Source: Candidatus Multivorans sp.
Lineage (GTDB): Bacteria > Acidobacteriota > Thermoanaerobaculia > Multivoradales > Multivoraceae
NCBI GenBank assembly: GCA_965224025.1
Contig: OZ245033.1
Coordinates: forward strand, 4,896,001 to 4,960,000
Direction of reading: 5' to 3'
Length of the DNA stretch: 64,000 nt
Shown here: piece by piece, positions 18,727-30,700 of the stretch
Position numbering within the stretch: the stretch's first letter is position 1
Layout of the letters: every line of letters starts with the position of its first letter
Program-made: the position numbers and the translations under genes
Notes under the pieces: model-generated
Database searches by the model: none
The model's input: the letters and a program-made list of their open reading frames with translations, nothing else
Told to the model about the DNA's origin: nothing

Positions 18727-21700
18727 CTACTCCTCTCTCTTCGGATCCGAGCGCCTTACGTCGCAGTCCTTTCCGCGTGCGGCAACCTTCGCGCAGAGGG
18801 CCGCCGCCACATGCCGATCGAGGAACGCGTCGGCAAGCAGAACGCGAATGAGACCGTCACTCTGCGACGCGTCGAACGCGAACTTGAGTTGTTCTTCACG
18901 AACGAGGTCCGACAGATCCACGGCCAGCCGTACCCGAATTCTGACGGCGTCGGCAACTGTCGGGAACGCGCCGAACTGCACGATGTAGCGGCGTTCCCCG
19001 CCGGTTCGATGAGTGGAATTCGTTGTTGCGAGGATGCTCTCCTTCCTCTCACGGTCCGGGCTCGAATACTCGGGTTTCAGCGCATGCAGCGTCCGAGACG
19101 CTTCCCGCGGCGCCGCGGCAATGTAGACCAAGCCGAAACGAGCCCCGTGCTCCGGAGGTCCCGCCGTCCGTTCGAACCGTTCCGCGACGACCTCCAGCCT
19201 CAGACTCCTCTCAAGCTCGAAACGCAGCCCCACCTGGGACCTGATCGGCTTCGTCCCCTCCAGACCGACTACAGCGAACGGCGCGAGGACGCCGCTCCAG
19301 CTCTCGAGTCCGTAGTGCAGGCGCAGGTCGGAGCGTTCCGGCACCCACGCCGCCTGGCCGACGTCACGATCGCGACTGCCACCGTAGCCAGCGCCCGGGA
19401 GCGGCCCCAGCGTCTGGTCTGACTGCCACAGAGCACTCCCGGCGGCCGACACGACGCCCCAGGACGGCGTAAGAGCCACCCCTAGTCCGAGGCCGTTCTC
19501 CCCCGCGCCCAGACGAACGGTCAACCCCGCGCCCCAGGCAGCGAACCCCTGCTCCTCGTGGGACGCCAGATAGCGGCCGCGGCCCTCCACTTCGACGCCC
19601 GACGCACTGTTGCTGTACCTCACGCGAGCGCCCAACTCCACTCCCAGACCGGTGGCTGAAGCACCGCCATCCAAGCGGCCCCCAACCTCGATGAGCGGAG
19701 ACAGACGGCCGTGCTCCGACAAGGACCAGTCGGCGCTGCCCTCGACCAGCACGCGGGCTCGATAGGCATCTGCCGACACCGCGGCGAGGCCTTCTGCTCC
19801 CGCGGTCTTCAGGCGAGTACCGAACACGTCGCCCTTGAGCGCGAGACCGTAGACGGATCCCGCGCGCAGCTCCCGGCGCATTCCGCCGGCAACGAGTTCG
19901 CGGGTCAGGTCCGCGCGCAGATCCTCATCCTGCGCGTCCGACAAGTGCATTTCGCCGACACCCGCGCCAAGAAGCGCCCACGCACTCAGACCTCGGCGGA
20001 GCGACCAGTGCGCGTATGGCAGCAGCGTTACGAGATCCGCCTCGACGACTCCGGCGCCGGAGAGCTCGCCCCGGTACTCGACGTCTCCATGACTCCGCGA
20101 CAACGCCAGCCCGAACACCGTGCCGCCCCGCCGTCGGTCGACGCCGAGATACACGGAACTCGCCCGGCCGTCGGTCTCGTAGGTCCGGCCCCGGAAGCTG
20201 CCCTGATCGCCCCGGCCCCAGAACGTCCAGGGCCGTTGCACGGCGCCGGACTCGGACCCCTCTCTCCGGTCGCCTCCGAAGTACACGTCGAACGAACTCC
20301 GGGACACCAGATCCCAGAACGGCGACAGTCGCTCTCCGTACATCCGCGAGCCAAAGCCGCCCGACGGGGAACCGCCGAACCCGCTCGAAGACGTACCCGG
20401 CCCTGCAGCGAAGCCGCCGCCGGGCAACCCGGACATCATGCCGATCGACGTGCCGGAACCCGGACCCGCAGACCCGCCCGGTCCGTAGGCCGGCGAGCCG
20501 GCCCCGCTCCAGACTCCCGCCCCGAAGGGACCACCGAGGGCGCCGCTCCCTCCGAAGCCCAACGCCGACGCCGGGCCGAACGCCGAAAGCCCGCCGAGAC
20601 CCCCGAAACCGGGGAGGCGCCGGCCGGCGGCGCCCCGACCCGCCCGCGAACCGAGCGGCAGCCGGTACCCGTACACGGTCGCACGCGATTGACCGCCGAA
20701 CCCACCGGTCTCAAAGCGACTGCCGATCGCGTCCACGGCGTTGGACGCCAGCATCCGGCCAAGGCCCGCCAACGCGAACTCCACCGCCTCGGCCCTTTCC
20801 TCCGGAGGGATCGCCACCGGCTCGGTCGGAACGCTCCGAGCCTGCTTGCCTGGACCCTGTGCATCCACATAAGAGACCGTGGCGCGCAGGCGCCGGCCCA
20901 CGTCCGCCGCCACCGGCACATAGCCGGGAGACGCCGCTGCCCCGATGTTCTCCCAGTTCGCGCCGGCCGACCGCTGCCACTGCCAAAACTCCTGGGCGAC
21001 GCTGCCGTCCGGATCGCTCAGCGTGGCCGTCAGATCGCCACCCACCTCCGCCGACAGCGACGACAGTTCCACCGAACCTGCTTCGTCCTCGTTCAGCACG
21101 GTGACGACGACAACAGCCGTCACGGCCAACCCCGCGCCGTCGTCTGCGCGTATGGTGAACTCGTACCGCGGCGGGGCGGACTCGTAGTCTTCGCCAGCGC
21201 CCTCGTAGGACAACGCTCCACCGTCCTCGATCGCGAAGAGCTTGCCTTCCGACTCGAGAAGCGAGTAGACGACCCGGTCCTGCCGGTTCGGATCGACGGC
21301 CGAGACCACACCGAGCCGCAACGGGCCTGAGACGTTCTCCGGCAGGTCGAACGCGTACTCCTCCCGATCGAACCGCGGCGCCTCGTTCAAGTACGCGGCG
21401 ATCGTGAACGGCGGCGAGCGGAGACTCGCGTTGCCCGCCGCATCGAACGCCGCGCCGCCCAAGACCTGCACCGACACCTTCCCGCGAAGATCCCGCAGCG
21501 GCGTGATCACCGCCGTGTAGTCGGCGTCCAGGCCGGACAAGCCGGACGGCTCGCCGTTCCGCACCTCGATGCCGCTCAGATCGAAGCCGGACACCGGCTC
21601 GCTGAACGTGATCGAGACCTCGAACGCCCCGTTCACCGGGAGCAAGGCGGCGGTGGCCACTGCGACCGCGGGCGCCGCCATGTCCACCATCGCCGTGACG

Positions 21701-24700
21701 GGAGGCGACTCGACGTTGCCGTTCCCCGCCAAGTCGGTCGCCATTTCGGCAATGACCTGCACCGACACGGCCCCCTCGTGGCCCGGGAACGGCGTGATCG
21801 TGACCGTGTACTCCGCACCGCTGCCCGCCAGGTCCGACGCCTCGGCATTCGTCACCTGGAGGCTTGCGAGGCCAAAGCCCACCACCGGCTCGCTGAAGGT
21901 GATCGAAACCGAGAAGGAGTCGTTCATGGGTTGCCCGGCATCAACCGACAACTCCACAGTCGGCACCACCAGATCGGCCGCAATCACGAAGCGATTCGAT
22001 GCCACGTTCCAGCCGTCCGAAGCATCCCGCGCGGCCGCGGCCAGCACCTGCACGGAAACTTCGCCCGCGACTCCTGACAACGGGATGATCCGCGCCGTGT
22101 AGTCGGTTCCGCCGCCGGCCAGGTCGGAGGCGGCGCCGCCCGAAACCTCCACGCCGTCGATGCCGAAGCCGGACACCGGCTCGCTGAACGCGATTGCCAC
22201 CTCAAAGGCGCCGGTCACAGGCGGCTCGGCGCCGCTGGCCACGACCACGTTCGGCCCGTCGTCGTTGTCATCGACCGTGATCTCCTCCCTGCCGAACTCG
22301 AAGCCACGCACCGTTGCCGTAACGACAATCGTCTCGATGCCTTCAACTCGTTCGTCGTCCACAGCCGAGATGATCACCTCCGTGGCCCCCGACAATGCGC
22401 CTGCCGGGATGACGATCGCGTCACCACTGAACGCGTAGTCCACGCCTCGTCTGGCGGAGCCTTCGAACACGAGCGTGACGGTCTCCTCGGTCACGAACAC
22501 GCCCTCCGTCGCCATCTCAACCCACACCCGTGCGGAAGTCGAGCCGGTCTCCGAGATTCGCGTCGGCGAGACGGTCAGAATGGGTTCGGGTTCGGGCTCG
22601 GGTTCGGGCTCGGGCTCGGGCTCGGGTTCGGGTTCGGGCTCGGGTTCAGGCTCGGGTTCGGGTTCGGGCTCGGGTTCAGGCTCGGGTTCGGGTTCGGGCT
22701 CGGGCTCAGGGTCTCCCCCCGTGCCGCCGTCGGTGATCGTCGTCGTCGCCGCCGCGGCGTCGCGCTCGGCCGTACCCGCGGCCGTGCTCGCCCCGGTCAG
22801 CGTCACGATCAGGGTCTCTCCCGGGTCCAGCACGCCGTCCGAGGTCGTCTGGATCGCGATCGTCCCGCTCGATTGGCCCGCCGCGATCGTCAGAGAGCCG
22901 ACCGGCGCGGTGTAGTCCGCGCCCGGGGTCGCCGTGCCGCCGACGGCGTAGCCGACCACCACGTCCGCCGTGCTCTCGCCGCCCGTCAACTCCACCGTGA
23001 AGCCCGCCGCGGAACCCTCGGAGACGGTCGCCGAGTCCGCCGTCACGGACGCCGTCAGCGTCTCGTCGTCAACAATCGTCGCCGTCGCCGTCGCGACGCC
23101 CACGGTCACCCCGTCCGGCAGGGTCGCGCCCGTGATCGTCACCGTGAAGGTCTCCTCCGCCTCCGCCAGATCGTCCTCCACCGTCGACACCGTCAGCGTC
23201 CCCGTCGTCTCGCCCGCCGAGATGGTGAGCGTCCCGGCCGTCACCGCCGTGAAGTCCGTACCCGAGGTCGCCGTGCCCGCCGCGGTGCTCCAGCCCAGCA
23301 CCGTGTCCGCCGCCGCGGCGCCCGACAGCTCGACCGCGAACTGGACGTCCTCGCCTTCCCCGGCGGTCGAGCCGGCGATCGACACCGTCTCCATGCCGCC
23401 GTCGGTGATCGTCGTCGTGGCCGCCGCGGCGTCGCGCTCGGCCGTACCCGCGGCCGTGCTCGCCCCGGTCAGCGTCACGATCAGGGTCTCTCCCGGGTCC
23501 AGCACGCCGTCCGAGGTCGTCTGGATCTCGATCGTCCCGCTCGATTGGCCCGCCGCGATCGTCAGAGAGCCGACCGGCGCGGTGTAGTCCGCGCCCGGGG
23601 TCGCCGTGCCGCCGACGGCGTAGCCGACCACCACGTCCGCCGTGCTCTCGCCGCCCGTCAACTCCACCGTGAAGCCCGCCGCGGAACCCTCGGAGACGGT
23701 CGCCGAGTCCGCCGTCACGGACGCCGTCAGCGTCTCGTCGTCAACAATCGTCGCCGTCGCCGTCGCGACGCCCACGGTCACCCCGTCCGGCAGGGTCGCG
23801 CCCGTGATCGTCACCGTGAAGGTCTCCTCCGCCTCCGCCAGATCGTCCTCCACCGTCGACACCGTCAGCGTCCCCGTCGTCTCGCCCGCCGAGATGGTGA
23901 GCGTCCCGGCCGTCACCGCCGTGAAGTCCGTACCCGAGGTCGCCGTGCCGGCCGCGGTGCTCCAGCCCAGCACCGTGTCCGCCGCCGCGGCGCCCGACAG
24001 CTCGACCGCGAACTGGACGTCCTCGCCTTCCCCGGCGGTCGAGCCGGCGATCGACACCGTCTCCATGCCGCCGTCGGTGATCGTCGTCGTGGCCGCCGCG
24101 GCGTCGCGCTCGGCCGTACCCGCGGCCGTGCTCGCCCCGGTCAGCGTCACGATCAGGGTCTCCCCCGGGTCCAGCACGCCGTCCGAGGTCGTCTGGATCT
24201 CGATCGTCCCGCTCGATTGGCCCGCCGCGATCGTCAGAGAGCCGACCGGCGCGGTGTAGTCCGCGCCCGGGGTCGCCGTGCCGCCGACGGCGTAGCCGAC
24301 CACCACGTCCGCCGTGCTCTCGCCGCCCGTCAACTCCACCGTGAAGCCCGCCGCGGAACCCTCGGAGACGGTCGCCGAGTCCGCCGTCACGGACGCCGTC
24401 AGCGTCTCGTCGTCAACAATCGTCGCCGTCGCCGTCGCGACGCCCACGGTCACCCCGTCCGGCAGGGTCGCGCCCGTGATCGTCACCGTGAAGGTCTCCT
24501 CCGCCTCCGCCAGATCGTCCTCCACCGTCGACACCGTCAGCGTCCCGGTGGGCTGGCCCGCCGAGATGGTGAGCGTCCCGGCCGTCACCGCCGTGAAGTC
24601 CGTACCCGAGGTCGCCGTGCCCGCCGCGGTGCTCCAGCCCAGCACCGTGTCCGCCGCCGCGGCGCCCGACAGCTCGACCGCGAACGACAGCTCCCCGCCT

Positions 24701-27700
24701 TCCTCCGCGCTCGCCGCCGCGACCGACACCGTCTCCGTCCCCGAGTCCGTGATCGTCGTCGTCGCCGCCGCGGCGTCGCGCTCGGCCGTACCCGCGGCCG
24801 TGCTCGCCCCGGTCAGCGTCACGATCAGGGTCTCCCCCGGGTCCAGCACGCCGTCCGAGGTCGTCTGGATCGCGATCGTCCCGCTCGATTGGCCCGCCGC
24901 GATCGTCAGAGAGCCGACCGGCGCGGTGTAGTCCGCGCCCGGGGTCGCCGTGCCGCCGACGGCGTAGCCGACCACCACGTCCGCCGTGCTCTCGCCGCCC
25001 GTCAACTCCACCGTGAAGCCCGCCGCGGAACCCTCGGAGACGGTCGCCGAGTCCGCCGTCACGGACGCCGTCAGCGTCTCGTCGTCAACAATCGTCGCCG
25101 TCGCCGTCGCGACGCCCACGGTCACCCCGTCCGGCAGGGTCGCGCCCGTGATCGTCACCGTGAAGGTCTCCTCCGCCTCCGCCAGATCGTCCTCCACCGT
25201 CGACACCGTCAGCGTCCCCGTCGTCTCGCCCGCCGAGATGGTGAGCGTCCCGGCCGTCACCGCCGTGAAGTCCGTACCCGAGGTCGCCGTGCCCGCCGCC
25301 GTCGTCCAGCCCAGCACCGTGTCCGACCCCGCCGCCCCCGTCAGCTCGACCGCGAACGACAGCTCCCCGCCTTCCTCCGCGCTCGCCGCCGCGACCGACA
25401 CCGTCTCCGTCCCCGAGTCCGTGATCGTCGTCGTCGCCGCCGCGGCGTCGCGCTCGGCCGTACCCGCGGCCGTGCTCGCCCCGGTCAGCGTCACGATCAG
25501 GGTCTCTCCCGGGTCCAGCACGCCGTCCGAGGTCGTCTGGATCTCGATCGTCCCGCTCGATTGGCCCGCCGCGATCGTCAGAGAGCCGACCGGCGCGGTG
25601 TAGTCCGCGCCCGGGGTCGCCGTGCCGCCGACGGCGTAGCCGACCACCACGTCCGCCGTGCTCTCGCCGCCCGTCAACTCCACCGTGAAGCCCGCCGCGG
25701 AACCCTCGGAGACGGTCGCCGAGTCCGCCGTCACGGACGCCGTCAGCGTCTCGTCGTCAACAATCGTCGCCGTCGCCGTCGCGACGCCCACGGTCACCCC
25801 GTCCGGCAGGGTCGCGCCCGTGATCGTCACCGTGAAGGTCTCCTCCGCCTCCGCCAGATCGTCCTCCACCGTCGACACCGTCAGCGTCCCCGTCGTCTCG
25901 CCCGCCGAGATGGTGAGCGTCCCGGCCGTCACCGCCGTGAAGTCCGTACCCGAGGTCGCCGTGCCGGCCGCGGTGCTCCAGCCCAGCACCGTGTCCGCCG
26001 CCGCGGCGCCCGACAGCTCGACCGCGAACTGGACGTCCTCGCCTTCCCCGGCGGTCGAGCCGGCGATCGACACCGTCTCCATGCCGCCGTCGGTGATCGT
26101 CGTCGTGGCCGCCGCGGCGTCGCGCTCGGCCGTACCCGCGGCCGTGCTCGCCCCGGTCAGCGTCACGATCAGGGTCTCCCCCGGGTCCAGCACGCCGTCC
26201 GAGGTCGTCTGGATCTCGATCGTCCCGCTCGATTGGCCCGCCGCGATCGTCAGAGAGCCGACCGGCGCGGTGTAGTCCGCGCCCGGGGTCGCCGTGCCGC
26301 CGACGGCGTAGCCGACCACCACGTCCGCCGTGCTCTCGCCGCCCGTCAACTCCACCGTGAAGCCCGCCGCGGAACCCTCGGAGACGGTCGCCGAGTCCGC
26401 CGTCACGGACGCCGTCAGCGTCTCGTCGTCAACAATCGTCGCCGTCGCCGTCGCGACGCCCACGGTCACCCCGTCCGGCAGGGTCGCGCCCGTGATCGTC
26501 ACCGTGAAGGTCTCCTCCGCCTCCGCCAGATCGTCCTCCACCGTCGACACCGTCAGCGTCCCCGTCGTCTCGCCCGCCGAGATGGTGAGCGTCCCGGCCG
26601 TCACCGCCGTGAAGTCCGTACCCGAGGTCGCCGTGCCCGCCGCGGTGCTCCAGCCCAGCACCGTGTCCGCCGCCGCGGCGCCCGACAGCTCGACCGCGAA
26701 CTGGACGTCCTCGCCTTCCCCGGCGGTCGAGCCGGCGATCGACACCGTCTCCATGCCGCCGTCGGTGATCGTCGTCGTGGCCGCCGCGGCGTCGCGCTCG
26801 GCCGTACCCGCGGCCGTGCTCGCCCCGGTCAGCGTCACGATCAGGGTCTCTCCCGGGTCCAGCACGCCGTCCGAGGTCGTCTGGATCGCGATCGTCCCGC
26901 TCGATTGGCCCGCCGCGATCGTCAGAGAGCCGACCGGCGCGGTGTAGTCCGCGCCCGGGGTCGCCGTGCCGCCGACGGCGTAGCCGACCACCACGTCCGC
27001 CGTGCTCTCGCCGCCCGTCAACTCCACCGTGAAGCCCGCCGCGGAACCCTCGGAGACGGTCGCCGAGTCCGCCGTCACGGACGCCGTCAGCGTCTCGTCG
27101 TCAACAATCGTCGCCGTCGCCGTCGCGACGCCCACGGTCACCCCGTCCGGCAGGGTCGCGCCCGTGATCGTCACCGTGAAGGTCTCCTCCGCCTCCGCCA
27201 GATCGTCCTCCACCGTCGACACCGTCAGCGTCCCCGTCGTCTCGCCCGCCGAGATGGTGAGCGTCCCGGCCGTCACCGCCGTGAAGTCCGTACCCGAGGT
27301 CGCCGTGCCCGCCGCGGTGCTCCAGCCCAGCACCGTGTCCGCCGCCGCGGCGCCCGACAGCTCGACCGCGAACTGGACGTCCTCGCCTTCCCCGGCGGTC
27401 GAGCCGGCGATCGACACCGTCTCCATGCCGCCGTCGGTGATCGTCGTCGTGGCCGCCGCGGCGTCGCGCTCGGCCGTACCCGCGGCCGTGCTCGCCCCGG
27501 TCAGCGTCACGATCAGGGTCTCTCCCGGGTCCAGCACGCCGTCCGAGGTCGTCTGGATCGCGATCGTCCCGCTCGATTGGCCCGCCGCGATCGTCAGAGA
27601 GCCGACCGGCGCGGTGTAGTCCGCGCCCGGGGTCGCCGTGCCGCCGACGGCGTAGCCGACCACCACGTCCGCCGTGCTCTCGCCGCCCGTCAACTCCACC

Positions 27701-30700
27701 GTGAAGCCCGCCGCGGAACCCTCGGAGACGGTCGCCGAGTCCGCCGTCACGGACGCCGTCAGCGTCTCGTCGTCAACAATCGTCGCCGTCGCCGTCGCGA
27801 CGCCCACGGTCACCCCGTCCGGCAGGGTCGCGCCCGTGATCGTCACCGTGAAGGTCTCCTCCGCCTCCGCCAGATCGTCCTCCACCGTCGACACCGTCAG
27901 CGTCCCCGTCGTCTCGCCCGCCGAGATGGTGAGCGTCCCGGCCGTCACCGCCGTGAAGTCCGTACCCGAGGTCGCCGTGCCCGCCGCGGTGCTCCAGCCC
28001 AGCACCGTGTCCGCCGCCGCGGCGCCCGACAGCTCGACCGCGAACTGGACGTCCTCGCCTTCCCCGGCGGTCGAGCCGGCGATCGACACCGTCTCCATGC
28101 CGCCGTCGGTGATCGTCGTCGTGGCCGCCGCGGCGTCGCGCTCGGCCGTACCCGCGGCCGTGCTCGCCCCGGTCAGCGTCACGATCAGGGTCTCTCCCGG
28201 GTCCAGCACGCCGTCCGAGGTCGTCTGGATCTCGATCGTCCCGCTCGATTGGCCCGCCGCGATCGTCAGAGAGCCGACCGGCGCGGTGTAGTCCGCGCCC
28301 GGGGTCGCCGTGCCGCCGACGGCGTAGCCGACCACCACGTCCGCCGTGCTCTCGCCGCCCGTCAACTCCACCGTGAAGCCCGCCGCGGAACCCTCGGAGA
28401 CGGTCGCCGAGTCCGCCGTCACGGACGCCGTCAGCGTCTCGTCGTCAACAATCGTCGCCGTCGCCGTCGCGACGCCCACGGTCACCCCGTCCGGCAGGGT
28501 CGCGCCCGTGATCGTCACCGTGAAGGTCTCCTCCGCCTCCGCCAGATCGTCCTCCACCGTCGACACCGTCAGCGTCCCCGTCGTCTCGCCCGCCGAGATG
28601 GTGAGCGTCCCGGCCGTCACCGCCGTGAAGTCCGTACCCGAGGTCGCCGTGCCCGCCGCGGTGCTCCAGCCCAGCACCGTGTCCGCCGCCGCGGCGCCCG
28701 ACAGCTCGACCGCGAACTGGACGTCCTCGCCTTCCCCGGCGGTCGAGCCGGCGATCGACACCGTCTCCATGCCGCCGTCGGTGATCGTCGTCGTGGCCGC
28801 CGCGGCGTCGCGCTCGGCCGTACCCGCGGCCGTGCTCGCCCCGGTCAGCGTCACGATCAGGGTCTCCCCCGGGTCCAGCACGCCGTCCGAGGTCGTCTGG
28901 ATCTCGATCGTCCCGCTCGATTGGCCCGCCGCGATCGTCAGAGAGCCGACCGGCGCGGTGTAGTCCGCGCCCGGGGTCGCCGTGCCGCCGACGGCGTAGC
29001 CGACCACCACGTCCGCCGTGCTCTCGCCGCCCGTCAACTCCACCGTGAAGCCCGCCGCGGAACCCTCGGAGACGGTCGCCGAGTCCGCCGTCACGGACGC
29101 CGTCAGCGTCTCGTCGTCAACAATCGTCGCCGTCGCCGTCGCGACGCCCACGGTCACCCCGTCCGGCAGGGTCGCGCCCGTGATCGTCACCGTGAAGGTC
29201 TCCTCCGCCTCCGCCAGATCGTCCTCCACCGTCGACACCGTCAGCGTCCCCGTCGTCTCGCCCGCCGAGATGGTGAGCGTCCCGGCCGTCACCGCCGTGA
29301 AGTCCGTACCCGAGGTCGCCGTGCCCGCCGCGGTGCTCCAGCCCAGCACCGTGTCCGCCGCCGCGGCGCCCGACAGCTCGACCGCGAACGACAGCTCCCC
29401 GCCTTCCTCCGCGCTCGCCGCCGCGACCGACACCGTCTCCGTCCCCGAGTCCGTGATCGTCGTCGTCGCCGCCGCGGCGTCGCGCTCGGCCGTACCCGCG
29501 GCCGTGCTCGCCCCGGTCAGCGTCACGATCAGGGTCTCCCCCGGGTCCAGCACGCCGTCCGAGGTCGTCTGGATCTCGATCGTCCCGCTCGATTGGCCCG
29601 CCGCGATCGTCAGAGAGCCGACCGGCGCGGTGTAGTCCGCGCCCGGGGTCGCCGTGCCGCCGACGGCGTAGCCGACCACCACGTCCGCCGTGCTCTCGCC
29701 GCCCGTCAACTCCACCGTGAAGCCCGCCGCGGAACCCTCGGAGACGGTCGCCGAGTCCGCCGTCACGGACGCCGTCAGCGTCTCGTCGTCAACAATCGTC
29801 GCCGTCGCCGTCGCGACGCCCACGGTCACCCCGTCCGGCAGGGTCGCGCCCGTGATCGTCACCGTGAAGGTCTCCTCCGCCTCCGCCAGATCGTCCTCCA
29901 CCGTCGACACCGTCAGCGTCCCGGTGGGCTGGCCCGCCGAGATGGTGAGCGTCCCGGCCGTCACCGCCGTGAAGTCCGTACCCGAGGTCGCCGTGCCCGC
30001 CGCGGTGCTCCAGCCCAGCACCGTGTCCGACCCCGCCGCCCCCGTCAGCTCGACCGCGAACGACAGCTCCCCGCCTTCCTCCGCGCTCGCCGCCGCGACC
30101 GACACCGTCTCCGTCCCCGAGTCCGTGATCGTCGTCGTCGCCGCCGCGGCGTCGCGCTCGGCCGTACCCGCGGCCGTGCTCGCCCCGGTCAGCGTCACGA
30201 TCAGGGTCTCTCCCGGGTCCAGCACGCCGTCCGAGGTCGTCTGGATCTCGATCGTCCCGCTCGATTGGCCCGCCGCGATCGTCAGAGAGCCGACCGGCGC
30301 GGTGTAGTCCGCGCCCGGGGTCGCCGTGCCGCCGACGGCGTAGCCGACCACCACGTCCGCCGTGCTCTCGCCGCCCGTCAACTCCACCGTGAAGCCCGCC
30401 GCGGAACCCTCGGAGACGGTCGCCGAGTCCGCCGTCACGGACGCCGTCAGCGTCTCGTCGTCAACAATCGTCGCCGTCGCCGTCGCGACGCCCACGGTCA
30501 CCCCGTCCGGCAGGGTCGCGCCCGTGATCGTCACCGTGAAGGTCTCCTCCGCCTCCGCCAGATCGTCCTCCACCGTCGACACCGTCAGCGTCCCCGTCGT
30601 CTCGCCCGCCGAGATGGTGAGCGTCCCGGCCGTCACCGCCGTGAAGTCCGTACCCGAGGTCGCCGTGCCCGCCGCCGTCGTCCAGCCCAGCACCGTGTCC

